Origin: Carcharhinus amblyrhynchos
Lineage: Eukaryota
DNA: 64,000 nt
Direction: 5' to 3'
Assembly (NCBI GenBank): GCA_965287045.1
Contig: OZ336876.1
Location: 54,188,001-54,252,000, forward strand
Part shown: one piece after another, positions 40,191 to 51,817 of the stretch
How the letters are laid out: each line of letters begins with the position of its first letter
How positions within the stretch are numbered: position 1 is the first letter of the stretch
Notes under the pieces: model-generated
Database searches by the model: none
Seen by the model: the letters and a program-made list of their open reading frames with translations, nothing else
What the model was told of the DNA's origin: nothing
Made by a program: the position numbers and the translations under genes

Positions 40191-40499
40191 TAGGGAGGTG
40201 CTTCTTGTCATGTTCCCTCAGTTCTCCTCTGGCCACAGTTTCCTCCATTTCCTGAGAAAAGAGACTGCTTTATAATTATTTATTTTTAATTCCCTGGTCT
40301 TCTGGGGTCAGGCCCTCATTGCAGTGCCAGGTCATGTCTTCAACTGTTAAAGACACTTTCCAGAAAGAGTCACTAAGTATTTTTTTTGGCCATCAAGTAT
40401 GTCCTACTTCTTTTAGCTCAAAGATAATGAAGCCATTTGTATAACTATATAACAGCGTCCTGACTGAAATTAGTAGCTAACTCAGTAAAGAACAGACCT

Positions 40500-40805
40500 T
40501 GGGTAGCACAGTGATTAGCACTGCTACCTCTCAACACTAGGGATCCAAGTTCAATTCTGGCCTCAGTCACTGTCTGTGTGGAATTTGCACATTCTCCCCA
40601 TGTCTGTATGGATTTCCTTGGGGTGCTCCAGTTTCCTCTCAGTTCAAAGATGTGCGGGTTAGGTTGATTGGCCGTGCTAAATTGGTCCTAGTGTCGGGGG
40701 CTTAACAGGGTAAATGTGTGGGGTTACAGGAATAGGGCCTGGATGGGATTGTGCTAGGTACAGACTCAATGGGCCGAATGGCTTCCTGTACTGTGGGATT
40801 CATGA
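40500..40805 (+). mobile_element. V-SINE (HE1-like)
   Basis: Homologous to 6332-6653. Confidence 0.88.
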
Positions 40806-42341
40806 TCTTATGAAGGAAATTTCTTAATCCTTAATGTGATATTGGATTATGGTGAAAAATTTTCATTGTAATGATCTTCCACTTCAATAACAGTGATTTT
40901 AACAATGAAAAGTAAATCCTATGCCATGATAGAACTAAGTACTAAAGGGCCTTGCAAATCACTATTGCATATTCTTTTGAAATCCTGTAATAGCTGCGAT
41001 ATTTTCTCACACACATGACTGTTTGGGGTAACTTGTCTCTCAGGAGATTGATCTTTACTAGGTAATTCAGATGAAGCAATTAACGCTAATAGGAATGATA
41101 AAACGTGCTCTGATATTTTGGGACTATTTGGAATGATCTTGTGGTAATCAGTAGAATGTGACAAAGTGAGTGGATATGTATCACTATGCAGGACTACAGC
41201 TCACTGCAACAGCAGCAGAGGAGCAGCTGCTTCCAAGGCTCACGGTGGAAGCCTCATTTTGAAATCGGCAGTGGTTCATGGGCAAGACACCCACTTTGCA
41301 GCCCAACAGCTACAAACACAACAAGAGCTTTCATTGATTGCTTTCAGATTTAATGTGAAGCAAAAAAGAAAGATCCCCAGTAAATTTGTTTATTTAGAAG
41401 TTTGTTGAAGATGTGGCTGATGTAATTTCAAGAGATGGCAGCAGAGCAGACTGCAGCTGACATTCTCAAAATGTTGTAACACTTAAAGCTGCCTTGACCA
41501 GGAGAGAAGGTTAAACGCGCTCCCAGTGACTTGAATGTTGCCACTGATGATGATGACCATGATAGCTTGCATTTCTGTACATGCATTTTAGATTTCAGTG
41601 GATGCCAGGAACCAAATTGTTGGTGAAGGCCACAGAGAAGTTGGTTAGTTGAGATTTTTCTTTGTGTATGAGCCACCCTGCAGTGTTTGCTGTGTCTGAT
41701 ACAATACACTGCATTGACTACATGGCTTTACATTGCAAAATGCATTTTAAAAAAATCAGTTTCCAAGAGTCTTGATGCAGTTTCATTACATATTCCACGG
41801 GCAAGCTAACATGGAGAAATGTTTTCCCACAATTCAGGCTAACAACAAAGGGCTGGTCGCACAGATAAGATCTGTTTATGGCAGCTATATAATTGCATTC
41901 CAGGAAGAAGAAAATAGAGAACTGAATTCAGGATGTAAACGCCCCCCCGGTTCGTGCCAACACATTTCACCGTGCTCAAACTTTCTAACAAATGCTTGCA
42001 CCCGTGGGAGGAAAAGGATGAGGCATATTAAAATATATTGCAAATCATGTGGAGGATTTACTTTGTGTGGGCAAGAGGAAAATTAAGCTCTCAATTTTTA
42101 CAGGATTTAAATGAGCTTTGCAACCTCCTCAGGAAGTTTTCACCTCAGAGAATTAGGTGCAGCCTGTTCCCAAAACCCCTCCCTCATATGGGTACAGCAG
42201 ATTTATGCAACATACAGCACACAGCAATGTGACAACGTGTGTTTCTTTTAATTTGAACTTAACTTTTTGTAAAAGTTAGGATAAAAATTACAAAAAATAT
42301 TGCAGCATGTACCAATCAGTGTGCCCTGTCCCTTTGTAAAT

Positions 42342-42502
42342 ATGATGTGGAGATGCCAGTGATAGACCAAGGTGGGCACAGTAAGAAGTCTCACAATACC
42401 AGGTTAAAGTCCAACAATTATTTGGAATCATGAGCATTCGGAGCGCTGCTCCTTCAGCAGGTGAGTCACCTGATGAAAGAGCAGCGCTCCAACAGCTCGT
42501 GT
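42342..42502 (-). mobile_element. Penelope-like end with short inverted duplication centred at about 42465
   Basis: Same family termini; ...ccttcagcaggtgagtcacctgatgaaagagcagcgctcc... Confidence 0.88.
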
Positions 42503-42797
42503 ATGTAAGGCAAACAGTCTTTTCAGCACCTTTAGTTTCTAAGTTGCTGTGACTGATAAAATAATACTAATAAACACACTCGCAAATCATTTTGTTTTTA
42601 TATTTAACATTTTTTGGCATGACACTGAAGAAGAAAATGTGTTTCACCAAAATTTCCAGGTTCTTTTCAAAGGGCACAATGGTGTCAGGACATGAAATCT
42701 TTATTGTTTAAAGCTTTCATCTTGAATTTATTAAACTCCATAGCTCTCAATTTTCCAATCTGTGCATCACAGGTAGTGAATACACAAAACAGCATTG

Positions 42798-43240
42798 TGG
42801 GCAGAATTGGGGGATGAACTGGGAGGTGAGAAGATGACACGGGGTCATGTCTGACGTCTCACCTGCCCACCGTGAGATTATGCTAGTGGTGGGAATGAGT
42901 GGCCACCAGCCCGGAGCTCAAACTAGCCATTATAGTGGACAATTAAAGGTATTTTTCCACCTCTGTTGGTGTTTTGCCCGTTCCAGCACCGCAAAGGGAG
43001 ACCACAAGCCAAGCCCCGGTAGCACCCACTGGAGTAGGGGGCCTTCCTTTTCAGGCACTCTTTGGGCCATGGAGAGGTTGCCACGTATCCTTGGCTATGG
43101 TCACCGCAAGCTGAGGCAGCTGGCCTTTGAGTTGGAAGCACTTATTGACTGCTACTGAAAAAAGGCAGCCCTAGGTCCTACTGAAAGGAGGTCACTCTGC
43201 TCCTGGCCCTGTTAGAGGGACATCTCACCCCTCTGCAAAA
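42798..43240. mobile_element. Decayed MITE-like element
   Basis: GC-rich island starting tgggcagaatt and ending near gcaaaat. Confidence 0.45.
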
Positions 43241-43692
43241 TAGTCTAGAAAAAAAGGTGCATGATCAAATTTAAAAAATGATTTGATTTGATTTGAAAAT
43301 GAGGAGTAGGAGAACAAGAATGGTTGGGCATTTTTCAAAAACCTTTTGATGACCATGGTTTGTGTTATAGATCTTGAAATGATCTATGCCATCTATTTCA
43401 AAAAATTATGTTTAAAAAACAACACCGAGTTGACTAGGTTTGTGTTATTTGTGTTCTGCTGCTTGATAATTGGATGATTTATTTTTAGTGATAGTTTATT
43501 GTATGGTAACATTTCTGTGAAATTTTCATAATATAAGAAAACATAGTGTGACTTGTGCAGATATCACACAAGTGCCAGTGCTACAAACCACTTCTCTGGT
43601 ATCCATTCTATTCTTCAAAGGATTCCAATTGAAGTGAGAAAATATGACAATGAACTTGATTACATTATGACTAATGGATATTGGAAATCTTA

Positions 43693-45290
43693 AACAATGA
43701 CCTATCATTTAGCAGAATTGTGGAGAAGGGGCACAACAAATCTGGTACTGGGCAACCAAGCCATTGTGCATCAGGTATACTTCAATTTGTGGCCTCAAAC
43801 TTGAGGATGCAAAGATAAAGGTATGAGATTATGAATGGTTTAGTGTGGATGAGGTAGAATTAAAGGAGCTGCTGACAAGATTGACAATAACATCAATCAT
43901 TTCAATAGAACATGTATTGAAAATATCATTTGATAAAATATACTATCACAAATGACAGCTAATTGAGAGAAAGCATATTTGAAATTCAGAAATGAAATGT
44001 GCTATTTGAATCTAACTTCAGTTAAAGTCACCTAAATAAGAGTTAAATTCTTTCCACTTTAATATTAAACAAAGTTCCTTAATCCAGGCTGGAAGTCTTG
44101 ATATCTGACAAAGAGCAAAATCCTTCCATAGAAGCCTTTTTAAGAAAATTTGAGAATGCATCAACATCATATCCTTCCAGCTTTCACAAGCCTACTCTCT
44201 GATTCCCAACACTCTCTCTGGCCAATTATCAAACATGAACACTGATATTATTGTCAATCTTGCCAGCAGCCCCTTTAATTCTATCTCAGCCACACTTGGT
44301 CCCACTAAACCATTCATAATCTCGTACCTTTATCTTTGCATCCTCAAGTTCAAGACCACAAATTGAAGTATACCTGATGCACAACGGCTTGATTGTCCAG
44401 TACCAGATTTGTCCTGTCCCTTCTCCACAATTCTGCCAAATGATACAGGGTCGTGTTGGAAGCCTTAGATTGAAATCCTCAATGACAGGAGACATTTCTG
44501 ACTCCATTTTTTGTCCTTTCTTATTTTCACTATCAATTGAAAGCAAAATGTAAGTGTTACTTCCATCTCAATTTTTAAGACTGCCATCATGACAACGGCA
44601 ATTGCTACTTTGGCCTTGTTCTTCCACTCCCACACTCTCTGATGTATCTCCAACCCTGAACTCTAAACACTTTCTAGCTTTTTCCCTTTTTTTTGTTAGC
44701 CCTGAACATGTTCAAGCCTTCTAGGAGATCCATGTCTTGATCCCTTGCACACTCTCCCATTCAACTACATTTCTTTTTTTGCTACTACAGTCCCTTAATC
44801 TCAGGATGCTCCAGCCAGGTTAGGAGTTGCTCTGTCAAACATTCATTTACACCTTGATTGTCGGAGTTCACTGAGATAAATGAAAATGATTCTGATGTAT
44901 AGACTTGCTTCAGGCCTTTTCATAGCAGCAATACGTGAAGGATGCAAATAGTTGATATTGATGATCATAGTTTGTTTAGCATGTTGACTCTCTTATTTAG
45001 TTTGGTACTGCTGCAGTTTACCATGTACCCTTCCCCACTCCCCCTTTCATTGTGTAGCTCAGGATGAGACAAGCCTGGGTTCCTTGGAATCTTGTGGTGC
45101 ATTCTCACATTTTCTTAAAGCCTTCTGTGGAAGGGTCTTGCTCTGTCAGAAATCAGCACTTTTTTTGCCTGGATCAAAAAACTTAATATAAAAGCAGGCA
45201 GAATTCAATTCTTACTTAGGTGACTTTAGCTGAGCATACAGTTAAATAGAGCATTTTATTTCTGGATTCAGAATGTGCTTTGTTTCAGTG
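43693..45290. repeat. Two interleaved local inverted duplications (A 43693-43895 / A' 44243-44458; B 43965-44165 / B' 45095-45290)
   Basis: Reverse-complement alignment by eye: A and A' are roughly 90% identical, B and B' are clearly more diverged. Confidence 0.9.
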
Positions 45291-46434
45291 GTAAACTGAA
45301 TGGGATTATTGAATTAATCCAAAGTGCTGGAGTGGTCAGTGGTACCCTTTACTATGAAACTGAGCCTTTGAAAGGCATTTGGATTGATTCCAATTCGACT
45401 AAAGTTAAACTTCATTAGTGTTTGACGAAAATGACAATCTGTACTTGCTAAATCCTAGCCTTTTTCTTGTTACTTTGTGAAAATATCATTATGTCATATT
45501 CTTTTTGATGAAGAAATGCTAAAATGCCATTTCCCTCACTTCTACATCTGTGCTATGCTGAGTTTTGTTAAAAAAATCTTGTCATAATTTGTTGTTGCCC
45601 AGTTCGATACTGTTAAGAGTGGATACAGTGCCAGCAATAGCTCCAGAAAACACTTCATTTGAGGAACAGGTGAGAACAGATTGGTTTAAGACTGTCATCA
45701 GCCAAAGCTATTATTTAGATACTGCAAAGTTTACTTTCACCATTGTTGCCATGGCAGGAAAATGAAGTCAGAAATTTTGTAAATATGTTACAAGCTATTG
45801 TACTAATCTACAATTTAGTTTTGGTGAGTCAGTGTAATGTAGTTTGTGTGCTGTAGTAATTTTTGATAACTAAATATTAATGCACATTTTTTTTCTCCAA
45901 ATGCTTGATTGTTTATCAATCTTTTTGCATTTGTCTTCGGAAATGCAGACTCCTAGAAGCCGCAACTTTGCAAAGGAAAAAAAACAATAGTGTAAATGAC
46001 CCTCTTCTCGACAGCGACTTTAAAAAAAGTGCTTCTAATGGTCTGACAAAATTTGGTTAACATGGCAACTGTGTGTTTAATGCATATATTTGCGTGGATT
46101 AAAATAATCACTTTTTTTAACAACTAATTTGATTTATTATTGATAGCACCAGTGTTAATACATATGGCGTAAATAGACTTGGGTGTGTCGCATGTGGAAA
46201 TTTCCATTCAATGGTGCTTTAATGTATATATGTAAATAACTCAGCCATTTCACTTATACAGTGCTGCAATCTTATCATTGACGTTGACTGCATAGTTACA
46301 GTAGACATCACATTCTGTTTTCACTCTTGACCTTTCCATCCTCTCCTTTTTTACTCTCGACTCTTGTTAGATTATAGTCACTCATGAGAAAAGGGATATC
46401 TTCCCTATTTAAAGAGCCCCAGACAAATTTTTAA

Positions 46435-46720
46435 AAATTCATTCATGGGATGTGGGTTGGGCCAGTATTTATTGTCCATTAAATACCCTTGAACTGGGTG
46501 GCTTGCTAGGCCAATCACATGTAGGCCAGATCAGGTAAGGGTGGCAGATTTACTCCCCAAAAGGGCATTAATAGGTCAGATACAACATTGGACAATGGCT
46601 TATTGGTCTTATTAGACTTTTGATTCCAGATTTTTATTGAATTTAATTCAAATTTCACCATCTGCTATGATGGGTTTTGAACCTAGGTCCCCTTGGTCTC
46701 ATGACTACACTATTGCCTAC
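46435..46720 (-). mobile_element. Short CR1-tail-related retroelement relic
   Basis: ttcattcatgggatgtggg...tttattgtccat...cccttgaactg shares its end with the 18975 CR1. Confidence 0.6.
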
Positions 46721-46804
46721 CACGTTAAAAAGCAGCTCTTGGAAGAACAAATTAGAAAGCTGAGGAATGCCATTATTGAAATATTAAAAGAAACTTACTC
46801 ATAT

Positions 46805-47030
46805 ATAGAACATAGAACATAGAACATTACAGCGCGGAACAGGCCCTTCGGCCCACAATGTTGCGCCGACCAGTCTTATTTTTAAAAAAAAACATTGACC
46901 CACTAATCTAAACCAATCCCTTTTCGTCCATAAACCTATCCACCAATCTCTTAAACGCCCCCAAACTAGGCGCATTTACAACTGCAGCAGGCAGGGCATT
47001 CCAGTCCCTCACCACCCTCTGGGTAAAGAA
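46805..47030 (-). mobile_element. CR1 3' end with (atagaac)n tail
   Basis: atagaacatagaacatagaac...acaggcccttcggccca...gcattccagtccctcaccaccctctgggtaaagaa. Confidence 0.8.
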
Positions 47031-48003
47031 TATGGCACCTTTCACAACCACAGGGCATCCCGAAGTATCTCTGGACAATGATTTACCTTTAAATTGTAGT
47101 CACTAACATCATTTAGGAGGGCTGGTGAATGAGCCATCATGTGCAGCAGCATAGACCATGTGGAAGGAGGCAACTATGGCCTCCATACCCTGACCTTAGT
47201 ATTCCTTGCAGTTTTGGAAGAAATTTAATGACCTCCTTAGGTCAGCAAATTGGTGAAAACTGAATCACCAAAAAACATAACGTACTCCCTAGAATAATGG
47301 TTGACATTGCCTTTTAGAATATCACATGGTACCGTTTCTCTAGTTTCAAAATCAATGTAATTTGGCAACATTTATGTTTCATATCCTGCAATGAATGCTA
47401 GCAACTGTGAAGTCTCACACTCCAGGTCTTTGCTTTGGACATCTCTCCTTGTTGGCGTCTAGTCCTCAAATCCTGACTGTTTGTGACTGCAGGGCTTGGA
47501 TACAGTTGCATATAATTAACACCATGAATTCCTCATGTCCTGCGGGAGAAGACAGCAAGTAATGTCAGGCAACTGAAAATAGGATAATGCCAACATCTGG
47601 AATTTGCCACCACATGCACCCTGGCCCAGAAGTTGGTGAATAAGGTATGGGAGCCACAGTACCTTCAGATGGTTTTTGAGGACATAAATTGCATTTGCTG
47701 GACTGTTAAATACTTTTTTCCAGAATAAAGTTACCTAAAATTGCTGTGAATTTCATGGTCTGTTGCACAGGTAACTTTTCAAAATCCAGATGGACCTAAT
47801 GGCTCAGTTCTTCTCATATGCTGCCAAGTAGAGTACATTTTTTGTACTCGGTATTTCTATGTATTTTCAAGCTCCCCACAAGCTACTATATTCTTTATAA
47901 GAAATCCACAAAGTGGTTGATTTTGAGCAAGTGCTGGTCAAACACACCAAAGAGACTTCCCTCTTTCTGGCAACATTGGGAATTATTCATCATTCCGTCA
48001 TTT

Positions 48004-48555
48004 TTTGATTTTAATTTGATTTATTATTGTCACATATACCAACATACAGTGAAAAGTATTGTTTCTTGCACTATACAGACAATACATACCGTTCATAGAG
48101 AAGGAAATGAGAGAGGCAGAATGTGGTGTTACAGTCATAGCTAGGTTGTGGAGAAAGATCAACTTACTGCAAAATAAGTCCATTCAAAAGTCTGACAGTG
48201 GCAGGGAAGAAACTGTTCTTGAGTGGATTGGTACGTGACCTCAGACTTTTGTATCTTTTTCCCAACGGAAGAAGGTGGAAGAGAGAATGTCATGGGCGCA
48301 AGGGATCCTTAATTATGCTGGCTGCTTTGCTGAGGCAGCAGAAAGTGTAGACAGAGTCAACGGATGGGAGATTGGTTTGTGTGATGGATTGAGCTACACT
48401 CATGACCTTTTCTAATTCCTTGCAGTCTTGGGCACTGCAGGAGCCATACCAAACTGTTATACAACCAGAAAGAATGCTTTCTATGGTGCATCTGTAAAAG
48501 TTGGTGAGAGTTGTAGCTGACATGCCAAATTTCCTTAGTCTTCTGAGTGTTGGCA
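48004..48555 (-). mobile_element. Rex1/Babar-like LINE 3' end (DUF1891-type C-terminus)
   Basis: Minus ORF 48290-48556 LRRLRKFGMSATTLTNFYRCTIESILSGCITVWYG; (aaatc)n tail. Other copies at 58557 and 62557. Confidence 0.85.
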
Positions 48556-49282
48556 TGGGGGGACCAGGACACGTTGTTCAGTCTCTCACTTGTACTCAGC
48601 AGCTCAGAGACACTTACCTGAGGGATATAGGTAATGTAGAAGAACAATTAATACATACTGAGACTCATAACACATGAAAACCAGAGAACTGAAATATACA
48701 AATGGAGCTTGATGTAGTTGTGTGATGCCAAAGGGTATATCATTATCTAACTGTAGAGCAAACAAATGATGATTTCCTTGTTCCTGTCTGATGCAAACGC
48801 ATTCTAGCAGCACATTAGAGTCAGAAAGATTCTGCATGGCCTCATCTAAGATGTGCAACAAATGACTGAAATATTGGTAGTTTCTACTGACCGGCAATGC
48901 TACAATCCAACGTCCTTAATGCATTCAGTTGGTCACTGGGTAGTCTGGAGAAAATGGCAGCTGCTGGAACACCTACAAACCTTTTCCCGCTTTGTGAGAA
49001 ATGCCAACAGATTAGTCAATTCAATATTGGGGCATTGAATGAAGGATTGTAGACTATCTGACTCAAATTTAGCTGGCCTCAGAAATTTGTCACCATCTTC
49101 TGCCTATTCATACTCCATGATAATGTGCATGACGTGACGTATAGTATAGATTCTACACCATTGGAATGGAAAACTGGGGTCAAACAAGGTGTGTCTTTTC
49201 CATTTTTGTGGCAGTGATGTTACTTCTCAGTTTCTAGCAAATTACCCATTGTCAGCGATAATCTACAGAACAGAAGGGAGAC

Positions 49283-49710
49283 TGAGGACTAGACTCCTTG
49301 TTGGCATCTAGTCCTCAAATCCTGACTGTTTGTGACTGCAGGGCTTGGATACAGTTGTATATAATTAACACCATGAATTCCTCATGTCCTGTGGGAAAAG
49401 ACAGCAAGTAATGTCAGGCAACTGAAAACAGCCTAAGAGAAGAATGTGGTGCTCGTGGGTTTGATTCAGTGGGCGGGATTTTCCGACCTTGTTTGGGCGA
49501 GATCGTAAAATCCAGCCCAGGTCCAACAGAGATTTCCATTCTGCGAGCCTCGCCCACCCCGGAATTGGGACAAGTGAGACGGTAAAATTCTGTCCGGTAT
49601 GTCCAGGCAATAACTGCAGATGTGCACTTTTCCAGTGGCAAAGAGACGTTGTGGGGGGGGGGGGGAGGGTGTGTGATTCTCCCAAAAAATTCTAAGTGCT
49701 GTATTCACAC
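49283..49710 (+). repeat. Local templated-insertion mosaic: copy of 47445-47579 joined to copy of 51587-51859
   Basis: 49294-49428 matches 47445-47579 (4 mismatches counted in 135 bp). 49427-49710 matches 51587-51859 apart from scattered substitutions and a G-run expansion. Confidence 0.95.
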
Positions 49711-50269
49711 CATCTTCAATCCAAATCTGCAACCCACTCTAATTTCAGCCATTGAACCTTGATATACAGATGAAGCTCGTGTGTAAACCCACTCAGAAAC
49801 TGGGCTGCAGGTCATTGTAGACTCCGTCTCTGAAGGATATGAGAATATGGGTCCTCTTTTAACCAGTTCCCACAGCACAACATTCTCCTCGCTCATTTGG
49901 TTAAGACCAACAGAGAGGAATAGAAAATGTAAACAACTTTCCATTTCTTGGGAGCCTCCCCTCAATGACGACACACACTTGATAAAATTCATCATCACTT
50001 CCAATGTGCCCGTCCTGCCTTTAGTGACTGAAGAAATTTGTGGACCAGGATCTGAAATCTAAGAATAAGGTTATGGTTTATTGGGAAGCATTGATTTCCA
50101 CACTCATATAAACCTCAGACACTTGAACAACCTACAGCCAGCACTTCAAAGCACTGGTGAAGTCTCACCAATGCAAGACTATCCAAATTCAGTGTTAAGA
50201 AAGATAAGTGTAGGAAAGCAGTGTCTTATCCCAAATCAACTTTTTTTCCAATCCTTTCAGTTTTTCAGG

Positions 50270-50640
50270 GGCTATAGATGTCACATGGCTTGACCAGTGT
50301 TTATTGCCCATCTCTGATTTTCTTTGAGAAAGTGGCAGTGAGCTGCCTTCTTGAACTGCTGCAGCGCATGTGATGTAGGTGCACCCACAATGCTGTAAAG
50401 GAGGGAGTTCCAGGATTTTGACCCATTGATGGTGAAGAACAGCGATGTAGTTCCAAGTCAGAATGGTGTGTGGTTTGGAGAGGAGCCCCCAGGTGGTGGT
50501 GTCAGCAAGGATTTGCTGCCCTTGTCCATCTCAACTGTAATGGTTGTGGGTTTGGAAGGTGCTATTGAAAGAGCCTTGGCAGGTTGCTGTTGTGGATCTT
50601 GTAGATGGTACACACAGCTGCCACAACAGGCGGTGGTGGA
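50270..50640 (-). mobile_element. CR1-type LINE 3' fragment nested in the RTE relic
   Basis: Collinear with 18975-19330. Confidence 0.85.
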
Positions 50641-50837
50641 GGGCAACGCTTGCCCAGCATTGAGGTACTAATCATTCAAAACCAGTTCCTCTGAGTGGAT
50701 CATGTCGCCACGACACCAGATTCCCATAGCAACTGCTCTAATTGGAACTTTTCGATATACAGACAGCCTTTTACAAGATGACCTGAAAGAGGGTACATAG
50801 ATATGGGTATTCTTTGAATAGCAGTTATTTCAGCTGT

Positions 50838-51250
50838 TGACAATAGCCAAGTTCCGCACACATGAGGATGTCCCTGACCAGGATCTTAGGTTCATGTCAC
50901 ACTATCTGTTACTCCCATGACTTGCCTAGGCTTGCAAAATCTCACTAATTGTCCTGGCTGGAGACATCTCTTTTACCTGTGCTTAACCCTCACTCCACTC
51001 CACATTGTCTGTACCTTTAAGACTTGATTACCTGTAAAGACTCGCATTCCAACCATTATCTTGAAAATGGAGTTTGTGTCTATATATGCCCTCTTTGTGA
51101 ACATGACACCCACTCACCTGATGAAGGAGCAGGCTCTGAAAGCTTATGGTTTGTGCTACCAAATAAACCCGTTGGACTTTAACCTTACATTGTGAAATTT
51201 CTTACTGTGCTTACCCAAGTCCAATGCTGGCATTTCCACATCATGACAAT
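50838..51250 (+). mobile_element. 5'-truncated Penelope-like element: ORF C-terminus plus 3' terminal repeat
   Basis: From 50843 it reads IAKFRTHEDVPDQDLRFMSHY, matching the end of the PLE GIY-YIG domain (..GLNRD.GF.SHY). Possible TSD tgacaat at 50838-50844 and 51244-51250. Confidence 0.85.
51112..51150 (+). ncRNA. Minimal (PLE-type) hammerhead ribozyme motif, catalytic core intact
   Basis: actcac-CTGATGA-a-ggagc ag gctct-GAAA-gc-TT-atgg: conserved CUGANGA, GAAA and UH, helix II, and a palindromic AGCU helix III. Helix I has a mismatch. Confidence 0.7.
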
Positions 51251-51627
51251 TAGGCTGCCAGATTGCAGTCCCTGGAGGACAGCAGGAACACTTCAGGGTT
51301 GCCTGCAGAACATCCCCGAAGAGGTCAAACATTTCTGCCAACTCATGGAAGACCAAAATTGAAAAGGCTTAGCTGGGAAAGCACCAAACTCATTGAGAAA
51401 TTTCTTCGAGATTGTGCAGAACTGAAGGTGAAGCATTAAAGAGAGCACGCAGACCTCCAAGCAACTCATCTACCCAACTCTTCAAACACCATCTGCTCCT
51501 TGTGTGACAGAATCTGCACTTTCTGCATTGGACTCATCAGCCATCTTGACTTTTATAGTGAAAGCAAGTCATCCTTAATGCCGAGGAACAGCCTAAGAGA
51601 AGAATGTGGTGCTCGTGGGTTTGATTC

Positions 51628-51755
51628 AGTGGGTGGGATTTTCTGACCTTGTTCGGGCGAGATCGTAAAATCCAGCCCAGGACCAACTGAGATTTCCATT
51701 CTGTGAGCCTTGCCCACCCCGGAATTGGGACAAGCGAGACGGTAAAATTCTGTCC
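51628..51755. mobile_element. MITE of about 125 bp (copied at 49469-49595)
   Basis: Imperfect TIRs gggYgggatttt / aaaattctgtcc. Confidence 0.65.
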
Positions 51756-51817
51756 AGTATGTCCAGGCAATAACTGCAGATGTGCACTTTTCCAGTGGCA
51801 AAGAGACATTGGCGGGG

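Larger units (their letters stand above)
48570..51603 (+). mobile_element. Old RTE-clade LINE relic, interrupted several times
   Basis: Decayed peptides PQKFVTI..LHD, KTGVKQG, IYRTEGRL, YTDE (YADD site), YSQHFKAL, C-terminal CSLCDRIC..IGLISHL, and 3' end gcaagtcatcct...gcctaagagaagaa. Confidence 0.8.
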
